From the NCBI GenBank assembly GCA_019348355.1, contig JAHWJP010000004.1, positions 1-58,225 on the forward strand: 58,225 nucleotides of DNA, given 5' to 3'. Every line of letters starts with the position of its first letter. The first letter of the stretch is position 1. The notes under the pieces were generated by a model. That model was not told where the DNA came from, made no database searches, and saw only the letters and a program-made list of their open reading frames with translations. This DNA is from Actinomycetota bacterium. Its GTDB lineage: Bacteria > Actinomycetota > Actinomycetes > Mycobacteriales > SCTD01. The translations under genes and the position numbers were made by a program. Shown one piece after another: positions 1 through 8,044 of the stretch.

Positions 1-1009
1 GGCCGCGGATGTCCCGGCGGGCCGGCCGTTGGACCGCCCGGCCGGACGCGACCGGCACCCCGGCATCGTCGATCCACACCGGCCGCAGGACCGGCGCGGC
101 CAGCAGCAGCTCGCTGGTCAGGTCCGGCTCGAGCGGGCCGTGCCCGACCAGCTCGGCGAGCTCACCGGTGACCCCGAGGGCGGCGCCGAGCGGGATCAGG
201 ACCTGCACCTCGGTGCCGCACGGCGCCGCCGCGCCGACACCGCAGCCGCAGCCGGCCGGGTCATGCCCGGGGGTCGGGCAGGCGCCGAGCTCACCGTCCA
301 GGATCCGCCGGTCCCGGCCCAGAACCAGATCGACCAGCGCATCGAGCCGGCGCTGACCGGCCGGCCGGTCATCTGATGGCCCGACCGGGCTGGCGTGCGC
401 CCGGATCCGGGACAGCACCGCCTGGGCGTTCGGACCAGACAGGCCGGTCGCGAACAGATCGACCAGCCCGTCCTCACGCCGCCGGTGGTCCACCGACCCT
501 TCGGCCTGAGCATCCCGCCGCCGGCGGGCCGCGGCGTCGGTGTCGGCCTCGATCACCCAGCCGGTCAGCAACGCCCGAAGGCGGGCCGGGGTCCGCACCA
601 CCCCGCCCTGGTCGTCGGTGACCAGCCGGGTCTGCAACCGATCCCACACGGCCAGCTGGACCGGCTCGTCGAGCGGGCCGAGCTGGGAACAGACCAGCCG
701 GGCCTGCTCCACGCTCAGCAACCCGCAGTCCAACGCCTCCAACGCCCCCGGCAAAGCAGCCAGCAGCCGCGCGTCCGCGAGCAGCGCGCCGGCCCGGAAC
801 TCCGAGCTACGGGTCAACAGGGCCAGCTGCGCGACCGTCGCCAGAGCGCAACCACCGGCGGTGTGCACCCGGTGCAGCTCCAGCACATCCCGCAACACCA
901 CCGCGTGCGCCGCCGAGCGGGCCACCTCGTGCTGCTCCAAACGGGCCTCGACCGCATCCAGCGCGCCGACATCCAGCACCGCCCGCAACACCCCCTGACC
1001 GACCGCCAT
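1..1009 (-). CDS. DUF222 / REP13E12-family protein (usually has a C-terminal HNH endonuclease); 3' end runs off the window
   Basis: Absent from the ORF track because it has no stop in the window. My translation from ATG 1009: MAVGQGVLRAVLDVGALDAVEARLEQHE...LPGALEALDCGLLSVEQARLV...PARLRALL...DDRPAGQRRLDALVDLV...AELVGHGPL, typical DUF222 motifs. The + strand ORFs here are antisense shadows. Confidence 0.8.
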   Translation of the reverse strand, partial: MAVGQGVLRAVLDVGALDAVEARLEQHEVARSAAHAVVLRDVLELHRVHTAGGCALATVAQLALLTRSSEFRAGALLADARLLAALPGALEALDCGLLSVEQARLVCSQLGPLDEPVQLAVWDRLQTRLVTDDQGGVVRTPARLRALLTGWVIEADTDAAARRRRDAQAEGSVDHRRREDGLVDLFATGLSGPNAQAVLSRIRAHASPVGPSDDRPAGQRRLDALVDLVLGRDRRILDGELGACPTPGHDPAGCGCGVGAAAPCGTEVQVLIPLGAALGVTGELAELVGHGPLEPDLTSELLLAAPVLRPVWIDDAGVPVASGRAVQRPARRDIRG

Positions 1010-1016
1010 GACAGCA

Positions 1017-1038
1017 ACTCTAGAGGCGACGTCCGACA
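1017..1038 (-). promoter_or_regulatory. PafBC/RecA-NDp-type DNA-damage promoter TGTCGG-N10-TAGAGT, leaderless
   Basis: Minus strand reads TGTCGG acgtcgcctc TAGAGT, then 7 nt to ATG 1009; matches the TGTCGG-N10-TANNNT consensus. Confidence 0.75.
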
Positions 1039-1238
1039 GTTTCGCTGATCCAAAGCGGCTGTGGCAAAGAGCAATTGCTCACTCAAAGCCGTCCCCGATC
1101 ACCTGTTGCGCCGACCCGCCATGTCACGCACGAGCCAGGCTGACTGGCCGGCAGCGGACGTCGTCGGCGCCGGAGCTGACCTCGGGACCGAAGGGCGCTG
1201 CGCCAGTCGACGGTGAAGGGCACACCTTCCGGCCTCCC

Positions 1239-1293
1239 TGATCACGTGGCGGCGAAGGTCGGCGTGTCGCGCGCAAAGTACGCCAGATGATCA
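1239..1293. repeat. TGATCA-bounded imperfect palindrome (REP-like) downstream of trkA
   Basis: TGATCA at 1239-1244 and 1288-1293, with an internal GGCGT...ACGCC stem. Confidence 0.35.
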
Positions 1294-1318
1294 GCAAGGG
1301 GCAAGGGGCGAACGGGGC

Positions 1319-1993
1319 TCAGCGCTTGCGCGGAGCCCGCCCACCGAGCAGCGCGTCGAGCTCGGTCTCGACCTCCGTCGTCGCGACGAGCAGCAGCTCG
1401 TCGCCGCCCTCGAGCGCGGCGTCCGGTGTCGGCACGATGACCCGCCCGTCCCGCAGGATGGCGACCAGGGCGCTGTCGGCGGGCCAGGGCACGGAGCCGA
1501 CGACCTGGCCGATGAGGGGGGCGTCGGGGGCCAGGGTGAGCTCGACGAGGTTCGCCTGGCCCTGCCGGAAGGTCAGCAGCCGGATGAGGTCGCCGACCGA
1601 GACGGCCTCCTCCACGACGGCGGCCAGCAGGCGGGGCGAGGACACCGAGACGTCCACGCCCCAGGACTCGTTGAACAGCCACTCGTTCTTGGGATGGTTC
1701 ACGCGGGCGACCACCCGGTCCACTCCGAACTCCGTCTTGGCGAGCAGGGAGACGACGAGGTTCACCTTGTCGTCGCCGGTCGCCGCCACCACGACCTGAC
1801 AGGTGTGGAACGACGCCTGCACGAGCGTCTCGAGCTCACAGGCGTCGGCCAGCAACCAGTCCGCCCCGGGCACGCTCTCGGGCTTCACCGCTCGCGGCTC
1901 GCGTTCGATGAGCAGCACCTCGTGGCCGTTGAGGACCAGCTCGCCGGCGATGGACCGCCCGACGTTGCCGGCACCGGCGATGGCGACCCGCAT
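1319..1993 (-). CDS. trkA: TrkA/Ktr potassium uptake RCK subunit (CeoC-like)
   Basis: MRVAIAGAGNVG Rossmann motif, AATGDDKVNL, C-terminal TrkA_C (ILRDGRVIVP). Start moved to ATG 1993, overlapping the upstream stop. Confidence 0.93.
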   Translation of the reverse strand: MRVAIAGAGNVGRSIAGELVLNGHEVLLIEREPRAVKPESVPGADWLLADACELETLVQASFHTCQVVVAATGDDKVNLVVSLLAKTEFGVDRVVARVNHPKNEWLFNESWGVDVSVSSPRLLAAVVEEAVSVGDLIRLLTFRQGQANLVELTLAPDAPLIGQVVGSVPWPADSALVAILRDGRVIVPTPDAALEGGDELLLVATTEVETELDALLGGRAPRKR

Positions 1994-2661
1994 CAGCTCG
2001 CCTCCTGTTGCGGTCCGATGGACAGAATCCGTCCTACCTCGTCCAGCCGGTTGCTGGCGAGGCACAGATGGACCAGGTCCCCCTCCTGAACCACGGAGTC
2101 GGCGTGCGGCAGCATGCCCTCGCCGAGCCGGGTGAGCAGTGCGACCCGGGCACCGCACGCGTTCTCGAGCCGCGTCACCCGGTGTCCCACCCAGTCCGGG
2201 GAGTACGAGACCTCCGCGAGAGCCACCTTCCCGCTGGGGTCGCGCCACTCCGAGGCCACCCCTTCGGGCAGCAGCCGCCGGATCACCTGGTCGGCGGTCC
2301 AGCGCACCGTCGCGACCGTGGGGATGCCGAACTTCTGGTAGACGGCCGCGCGGCGGGAGTCATAGATCCGGGCGACGACGTTCTCGAGGCCGAACGTCTC
2401 GCGGGCCACCCGCGCGGCGATGATGTTGGAGTTGTCGCCGCTGCTCACGGCGGCGAAGGCGTGCGCACGCTCGATTCCTGCCTCGACGAGGGTGTCCCGG
2501 TCGAACCCGATCCCGGTGACCTTGCTTCCCTCGAACCCGGTCGGCAGGCGGCGGAATGCCGAGGCGTCCTGGTCGATGATGGCCACCGAATGGTCGATGG
2601 CCTCGAGGGCCTTCGCGAGCGCGGAACCCACCCGACCGCAGCCCATGATCACGACGTGCAC
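1993..2661 (-). CDS. trkA: TrkA/Ktr potassium uptake RCK subunit (CeoB-like)
   Basis: VHVVIMGCGRVG, VSSGDNSNI, VVARIYD; GTG start at 2661 preceded by GAAGGGA. Confidence 0.93.
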   Translation of the reverse strand: MHVVIMGCGRVGSALAKALEAIDHSVAIIDQDASAFRRLPTGFEGSKVTGIGFDRDTLVEAGIERAHAFAAVSSGDNSNIIAARVARETFGLENVVARIYDSRRAAVYQKFGIPTVATVRWTADQVIRRLLPEGVASEWRDPSGKVALAEVSYSPDWVGHRVTRLENACGARVALLTRLGEGMLPHADSVVQEGDLVHLCLASNRLDEVGRILSIGPQQEAS

Positions 2662-2738
2662 GGCGATCCCTTCACCTCGGCTCCGGCCCGCGCAGACGCT
2701 ACACGCGCGGGTCCAGCGGCAGCCGTACTCTCTCCGGA

Positions 2739-4736
2739 ATGCCGGGAGCAAGCGATGTCCTCAAGCGGGTCGTCCTCGGCCGCGCCTTGCGCAGCGACCG
2801 GCAGAGCGAGCAGGAGCTGCCCAAACACCTCGCGCTGCCGATCTTCGCCAGCGACCCGTTGTCGAGCGTGGCCTACGCGACGCAGGAGCTCCTGGTCGTC
2901 CTGACGTTGGGCGGTTTGGCCTACCTCTACCTGACGCCCTACCTCGCGGCCGGCGTCGTGGTCCTGCTCACCGTGGTCGTCCTGTCCTACCGCCAGCTGG
3001 TGCACGCCTACCCGAGCGGCGGCGGCGACTACGAGGTGGCCACCAAGAACCTAGGCAAGAAGAGCGGCGTCGTGGTGGCGAGCGCGTTGCTCGTCGACTA
3101 CGTACTGACCGTGGCCGTCTCGGTGTCGGCCGGCGTCGACAACATCATCTCGGCTGCCCGCGGCCTGGCCGACCATCGCATCGCGCTGGCGCTGGGCTTC
3201 GTCGCGCTTCTCACCGCCATGAACCTGCGGGGCGTCAAGGAGAGCGGCAAGGCTTTCGCCATACCGACGTACGGCTTCGTGCTCGGCATCCTGTCCATGA
3301 CCCTGTACGGCGTCCTGCAAGCCGTGACCGGCGACGCGCCGCGGGCCGAGAGCGCCGGCTACGAGGTGCTGGCGGAGGACGGGAGCGTCGGGCTGACCGG
3401 GCTCGCGTTCGCTTTCCTCGCGCTGCGCGCCTTCGCCTCGGGCTGCACGGCGCTCACCGGGGTGGAGGCGATCGCGAACGGCGTCCCGGCCTTCCGCAAG
3501 CCCAAGAGCAGGAACGCCGCGACCACGCTGGCGCTCATGGGTGGCCTCGCCATAACGATGTTCATCGGCATCACGACGCTCGCGATCCTCTCCGACGTCC
3601 GCTACTCAGAGGATCCGGCGCTGCAGTTCGCCGGCTTCGGCGAGGACGACGTGCAGCGCAGCGTCATCGCCCAGGTGTCGACCGCAGTGTTCGGCGACGG
3701 CACGTTCCCGTTCTTCTACGTCCAGGCCATGACCGCGGCGATCCTCATCCTGGCGGCGAACACCGCGTACAACGGCTTCCCGCTGCTGGGCTCGATCCTG
3801 GCGCAGGACCGCAACCTGCCCCGCCAGCTGCACACCCGCGGTGACCGGCTGGTCTACAGCAACGGCATCCTGCTGCTGGCAGCTTTCGCGGCGCTGCTGA
3901 TCGTCGCCTTCGAGGCCAACGTCACCAGGTTGATCCAGCTCTACATCATCGGGGTGTTCACCTCCTTCACGTTCGGTCAGATCGGCATGGTGCGGCACTG
4001 GAACCGGCTGCTGAGCAGCGAAACCCTGACTGCGGACAAGCGCCGCGCTGCGCTGAAGAGCCGGGCCATCAATGCGACCGGTGGCACGCTGACCGGGCTC
4101 GTCCTCATCATCGTCATCATCACGAAGTTCACCCGAGGCGCCTACATCGTGCTCATCGCGATGCCGATCCTCTACGTCATCATGCGGGCGATCCACCGCC
4201 ACTACGAGCGGGTGGCCGAGGAGCTCGAAGCCGGTGAGGAGGCCGTCGCGCTGCCCAGTCGCAACCACGCGATCGTGCTGGTGTCGAAGGTGCACGCGCC
4301 GACGCTTCGCGCCCTTGCGTACGCGCGGGCCACCCGCCCGCACGACCTCACCGCCCTGACGGTGTCGGTCGACCCGGCGGAGTCGGCGGCGCTGCAGGAG
4401 GAGTGGGACCGGCGCGAGCTGCCGGTGCCGCTCACCATCATCGACTCGCCCTACCGCGAGATCACCCGGCCCGTCCTCGACTACGTTCGCCACATCCGCC
4501 TGCAGAGCCCGCGCGACGTCGTGTCGGTGTTCATCCCGGAGTACGTCGTCGGTCACTGGTGGGAGACGCTGCTGCACAACCAGAGCGCCCTGCGGCTGAA
4601 GGGCCGGCTGCTGTTCCAGCCGGGGGTGATGGTCACGAGCGTCGCCTACCAGCTGCAGTCGTCCGAGCGGCTGGCCGACGACGACACCGCGGACGGGTCG
4701 GCGCCCGGATCGGTGCGCCGGTCGTCCAGGCGGTGA
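2739..4736 (+). CDS. APC-superfamily permease, KimA/Rv2690c-like (likely K+ transporter)
   Basis: FASDPLSSVAYA, YPSGGGDY, CTALTGVEAIANGVP, many TM helices, cytoplasmic C-terminus with SPYRE and LHNQSAL; divergent from the trkA pair. Confidence 0.9.
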   Translation: MPGASDVLKRVVLGRALRSDRQSEQELPKHLALPIFASDPLSSVAYATQELLVVLTLGGLAYLYLTPYLAAGVVVLLTVVVLSYRQLVHAYPSGGGDYEVATKNLGKKSGVVVASALLVDYVLTVAVSVSAGVDNIISAARGLADHRIALALGFVALLTAMNLRGVKESGKAFAIPTYGFVLGILSMTLYGVLQAVTGDAPRAESAGYEVLAEDGSVGLTGLAFAFLALRAFASGCTALTGVEAIANGVPAFRKPKSRNAATTLALMGGLAITMFIGITTLAILSDVRYSEDPALQFAGFGEDDVQRSVIAQVSTAVFGDGTFPFFYVQAMTAAILILAANTAYNGFPLLGSILAQDRNLPRQLHTRGDRLVYSNGILLLAAFAALLIVAFEANVTRLIQLYIIGVFTSFTFGQIGMVRHWNRLLSSETLTADKRRAALKSRAINATGGTLTGLVLIIVIITKFTRGAYIVLIAMPILYVIMRAIHRHYERVAEELEAGEEAVALPSRNHAIVLVSKVHAPTLRALAYARATRPHDLTALTVSVDPAESAALQEEWDRRELPVPLTIIDSPYREITRPVLDYVRHIRLQSPRDVVSVFIPEYVVGHWWETLLHNQSALRLKGRLLFQPGVMVTSVAYQLQSSERLADDDTADGSAPGSVRRSSRR

Positions 4737-5974
4737 CCGGGGAGAGCCTCGAGCTGCAGGTCGGCGCGGTCGCCGCCGGTGGCTCCTGCGTCGCCAGGGC
4801 ACCCGACGGCCGGGTGGTCTTCGTCCGGCACTGCCTGCCCGGCGAGCGGGTGAGCGCGGTCGTCACCTCAGCCACGACGTCGTTCCTGCGCGCGGACGCC
4901 GTCGAGGTGATCGAGGCCTCTCCCGACCGGGTCGAGCGCCCCTGCCCCTACGCCGGTCCGGGCCGGTGCGGCGGCTGCGACTGGCAGCACGTCTCGCTGC
5001 CGGCGCAGCGACGGCTCAAGGCAGCCCTGATCGGCGAGCAGCTCGCGCGGCTGGCCGGGCTCGAGCGCGACGTCGAGGTCGAGCAGGTCCCGGGCGCCCC
5101 GGACGGGCTCGGCTGGCGCACCCGGGTGCAGTTCGCGGTCGCGCCGTCCGGCCGGGCCGGCCTGCGCCGGCACCGCTCGCATGAGCTGGAGCCGGTCGAC
5201 TTCTGCCGCATCGCGAGCCCCGATGTCGAAGCGGTCGGCGCCGAGGCGCTGCGCTGGCCGGGGGCGGCCGGTGTCGAGGTGGTCGCCGCGGGAGCGCAGC
5301 GACTGGTCTCGGTGACGAGCCGGAACCCGGCCAGGCGTGGTCGCCTGCAGGCCCCGGCTGTCGATGCAGGGGTCCTCGTCGACGGGCGTCCGGTCCGGGC
5401 CCCGCACGGGATCCGGCACCACGTTCTCGGCCGGTCGTTCGAGGTCGCGGCCGGCGGCTTCTGGCAGGTCCATCCCAGCGCCCCGACAGTCCTGGCGCAG
5501 GCGGTGCTGGACGGGCTCGACCCCCGACCGGGTGAGCGTGTGCTCGACCTGTTTTCCGGCGCAGGGCTCTTCGCGGCGCTGCTCGGCGAGCGGGTCGGCC
5601 CGGCCGGCTCCGTGCTCGCCGTCGAGTCCGACCCGCGCGCCTGCGCCGACGCCGCCCGCAACACCGCCGACCTGCCGCACGTCCGGATCCGCACCGCGGC
5701 CGTCGATGCCGCCGAGCTCATCCGGGCCGGCCGGCCCGACCTCGTGGTGCTCGACCCGCCACGCGCCGGCGCGGGACTTGCGCTGACACACGCCCTGGCC
5801 GCGATGCGACCCCGCCGCCTGGCCTACGTCGCGTGCGATCCGGCATCATTCGCCCGCGACCTGAAGGTGCTGCTCGATGTCGGCTGGGAGCTGTCATCGC
5901 TGCGCGGGTACGACATCTTCCCGATGACCGAGCACGTCGAGACGGTCGCGGTGCTCATCCCGCCGGCCTTCTGA
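4733..5974 (+). CDS. TRAM-domain class I SAM-dependent RNA m5U methyltransferase (RlmD/Rv2689c-like)
   Basis: TRAM N-terminus, CPYAGPGRCGGC Fe-S motif, GFWQV, LDLFSGAG, LDPPRAG, YVACDP, DIFPMTEHVE; GTG overlaps the permease stop. Confidence 0.9.
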   Translation: MTGESLELQVGAVAAGGSCVARAPDGRVVFVRHCLPGERVSAVVTSATTSFLRADAVEVIEASPDRVERPCPYAGPGRCGGCDWQHVSLPAQRRLKAALIGEQLARLAGLERDVEVEQVPGAPDGLGWRTRVQFAVAPSGRAGLRRHRSHELEPVDFCRIASPDVEAVGAEALRWPGAAGVEVVAAGAQRLVSVTSRNPARRGRLQAPAVDAGVLVDGRPVRAPHGIRHHVLGRSFEVAAGGFWQVHPSAPTVLAQAVLDGLDPRPGERVLDLFSGAGLFAALLGERVGPAGSVLAVESDPRACADAARNTADLPHVRIRTAAVDAAELIRAGRPDLVVLDPPRAGAGLALTHALAAMRPRRLAYVACDPASFARDLKVLLDVGWELSSLRGYDIFPMTEHVETVAVLIPPAF

Positions 5975-6617
5975 CCGCCACGATGTCGTGGGCGTCGCGG
6001 CCGGCGTCGAGCGCCTGCTGCTCGAAGCGGGTGACCGGCCGGTTGCCCCGGTCGCGTGAGACGACCTCGAAGTCGGGGTGGTCGGCCAGCACCCGCAGCG
6101 CCTCGCGCGCGTAGGCGCCCGCGTCGGTCGCGACGTGCAGCCGGCCGCGGGGGCGCAGCCGATCGGCCACCAGGTCGGCGAACGCCGCGGAGACCAGCCG
6201 ACGCTTGCTGTGCCGGGACTTCGGCCACGGGTCGGGGAAGAACACGCGTACCTCGTCCAGACTGCCGGGGGCGATCAGGTCCTGCAGCACCTCGACGCCG
6301 TCGGCCTCGGCCACCCGCACGTTGGTCAGGCCGCCCGACTCGATCCGGCGCAGCAGGCTGCCGACACCCGGTGTGTGCACCTCGACCGCCAGCAGGTCGC
6401 GTGCGGGATCTGCCGCGGCCATCGCCGCTGTCGCCTCACCCATTCCCGAGCCGATCTCGAGCACGAGCGGCGCGCTTCGGGCGTAGACGGCCACCCGGTC
6501 GAAGGGCGCCGTCACGTCGACGCCGTACGTCGGCAGCAGCCGCTCGATCGCCACGGCCTGCCCGGCGGTCACCCGGCGGCGGGCCTTGAAGGTCCGGATC
6601 GGCTCGTCGCGCAGCAC
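5955..6617 (-). CDS. trmB: tRNA (guanine46-N7)-methyltransferase
   Basis: LEIGSGMG, AVEVH, FFPDPWPKSRHSKRRLV, ATD, TRFE motifs. Confidence 0.95.
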   Translation of the reverse strand: MLRDEPIRTFKARRRVTAGQAVAIERLLPTYGVDVTAPFDRVAVYARSAPLVLEIGSGMGEATAAMAAADPARDLLAVEVHTPGVGSLLRRIESGGLTNVRVAEADGVEVLQDLIAPGSLDEVRVFFPDPWPKSRHSKRRLVSAAFADLVADRLRPRGRLHVATDAGAYAREALRVLADHPDFEVVSRDRGNRPVTRFEQQALDAGRDAHDIVAVRRPAG

Positions 6618-6624
6618 CCGCGCC

Positions 6625-6648
6625 AGACTAGGTGCCCCGGACTAGGGT
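6625..6648. promoter_or_regulatory. Back-to-back -10 boxes for leaderless trmB and nfeD
   Basis: TAGTCT (-, 6625-6630) 7 nt before trmB GTG; TAGGGT (+, 6643-6648) 6 nt before nfeD GTG. Confidence 0.6.
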
Positions 6649-6654
6649 CAGGGT

Positions 6655-7095
6655 GTGGATGCCGACCTGCTCTGGCTGATTGCCGGAGTCGTCCTCGTCC
6701 TCACCGAGGTGTTCGCCCTGACGCTGGTGCTCGGCATGGTGGGCGTGGGCGCGCTCGCCGCTGCCGCAGTCGCTTTCGCTGGGCTCGGCGCCGCCGCGCA
6801 GCTGATCGCCTTCGCGGCCACCAGTACGGCGCTGCTGGTCTTCGTCCGCCCGCCCGTCAAGAAGGTCCTCGACCGCGGCGGGACGAGCGAGCGCACCGAC
6901 CCACGAGCGCTCGCGGGCGCCAGCGCGGTGGTGGTCGAGCGGGTGAGCGAGGAGACCGGCCAGGTGCGGATCAATGGCGAGCTGTGGCGGGCCCGGCCCT
7001 ACGCCGGCAACGCCCCGATCGAGTCCGGTTTCCCGGTGAGCATTGCCGCAGTGGAAGGTGCGACCTTGTTGGTCTACTCGCCCGACCTGTCCTGA
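6655..7095 (+). CDS. NfeD family membrane protein
   Basis: Hydrophobic N-terminus, C-terminal GQVRINGELWRA OB-fold; directly upstream of the SPFH gene. Confidence 0.92.
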   Translation: MDADLLWLIAGVVLVLTEVFALTLVLGMVGVGALAAAAVAFAGLGAAAQLIAFAATSTALLVFVRPPVKKVLDRGGTSERTDPRALAGASAVVVERVSEETGQVRINGELWRARPYAGNAPIESGFPVSIAAVEGATLLVYSPDLS

Positions 7096-7120
7096 ACCCC
7101 CTCTCTGAGAGCCGAACCCC

Positions 7121-8044
7121 ATGGATGCAGCAGCCGTCCTCGTACTCCTCCTGGCGGCGATCGTCGCCCTCGTCCTGTTCAAGACGGTCCGCATCGTGCC
7201 GCAGGCGTCGGTGTTCGTCATCGAGCGGCTGGGCAAGTACAGCCGCACCCTCGAGCCCGGCATTCACCTTCTCGTGCCCGCACTGGACCGGGTGCGCGTG
7301 CGCACCGACATCCGCGAACAGGTCGTCGGCTTCCCGCCGCAGGCCGTCATCACCAGGGACAACCTGGTGGTCGGGATCGACTCGGTCATCTACTACTCGA
7401 TCACCGACCCGGCAGCCGCGCAGTACAAGATCGAGAATGTCGTGCAGGCAATCGAGCAGCTCGTCGTCACGACGCTGCGCAACGTCGTCGGCGGCATGCA
7501 GCTGGAGGAGGCGCTCACGGGACGCGACCACATCAACGAGCGGCTCGCCGCCGTGCTCGACGAGGCGACCGGCAAGTGGGGCGTCAAGGTCAACCGGGTC
7601 GAGATCCGTGGCATCGAGCCGCCGCCCACGATCCGTGACGCGATGGAGCAGGCGATGCGCGCCGATCGCGGCAAGCGGGCGGCGATCCTCACCGCCGAGG
7701 GCCAGCAGCTGTCGGTCGTGCTCAACGCCGAGGGTTCGAAGCAGTCGGTGGTCCTCAACGCCGAGGCGGACCGGCAGGCCACCATCCTTCGCGCCGAGGC
7801 GGAGCGGGAGGCGATGCTGCTGCGGGCGCAGGGTGAAGCCCAGGCGATCGCGCTGGTCGTCGAGGCGATCAAGACGGCGGGCATCGACGACACGGTGCTG
7901 GCCTACCAGCGCCAGCAGCTGCTCCCGCGGATTGCCGAGGGTGACGCCAACAAGGTGTGGTTCGTCCCGACCGACATCGCCGGGGCGCTCGGGCAGACCG
8001 CCAAGAGCCTCGGCCTGAGCGAGCCGGAGCGGAAAAGCCTGTAG
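7121..8044 (+). CDS. SPFH/band 7 (stomatin/paraslipin, QmcA-like) protein
   Basis: IERLGKY, VITRDN, TTLRNVVG, WGVKVNRVE, AAILTAEG repeats. Confidence 0.95.
   Translation: MDAAAVLVLLLAAIVALVLFKTVRIVPQASVFVIERLGKYSRTLEPGIHLLVPALDRVRVRTDIREQVVGFPPQAVITRDNLVVGIDSVIYYSITDPAAAQYKIENVVQAIEQLVVTTLRNVVGGMQLEEALTGRDHINERLAAVLDEATGKWGVKVNRVEIRGIEPPPTIRDAMEQAMRADRGKRAAILTAEGQQLSVVLNAEGSKQSVVLNAEADRQATILRAEAEREAMLLRAQGEAQAIALVVEAIKTAGIDDTVLAYQRQQLLPRIAEGDANKVWFVPTDIAGALGQTAKSLGLSEPERKSL

Noticed and set aside
1319-4736. Two trkA genes without trkH beside an APC permease as a novel system
   Set aside because: This is the conserved actinobacterial ceoBC/Rv2690c arrangement.
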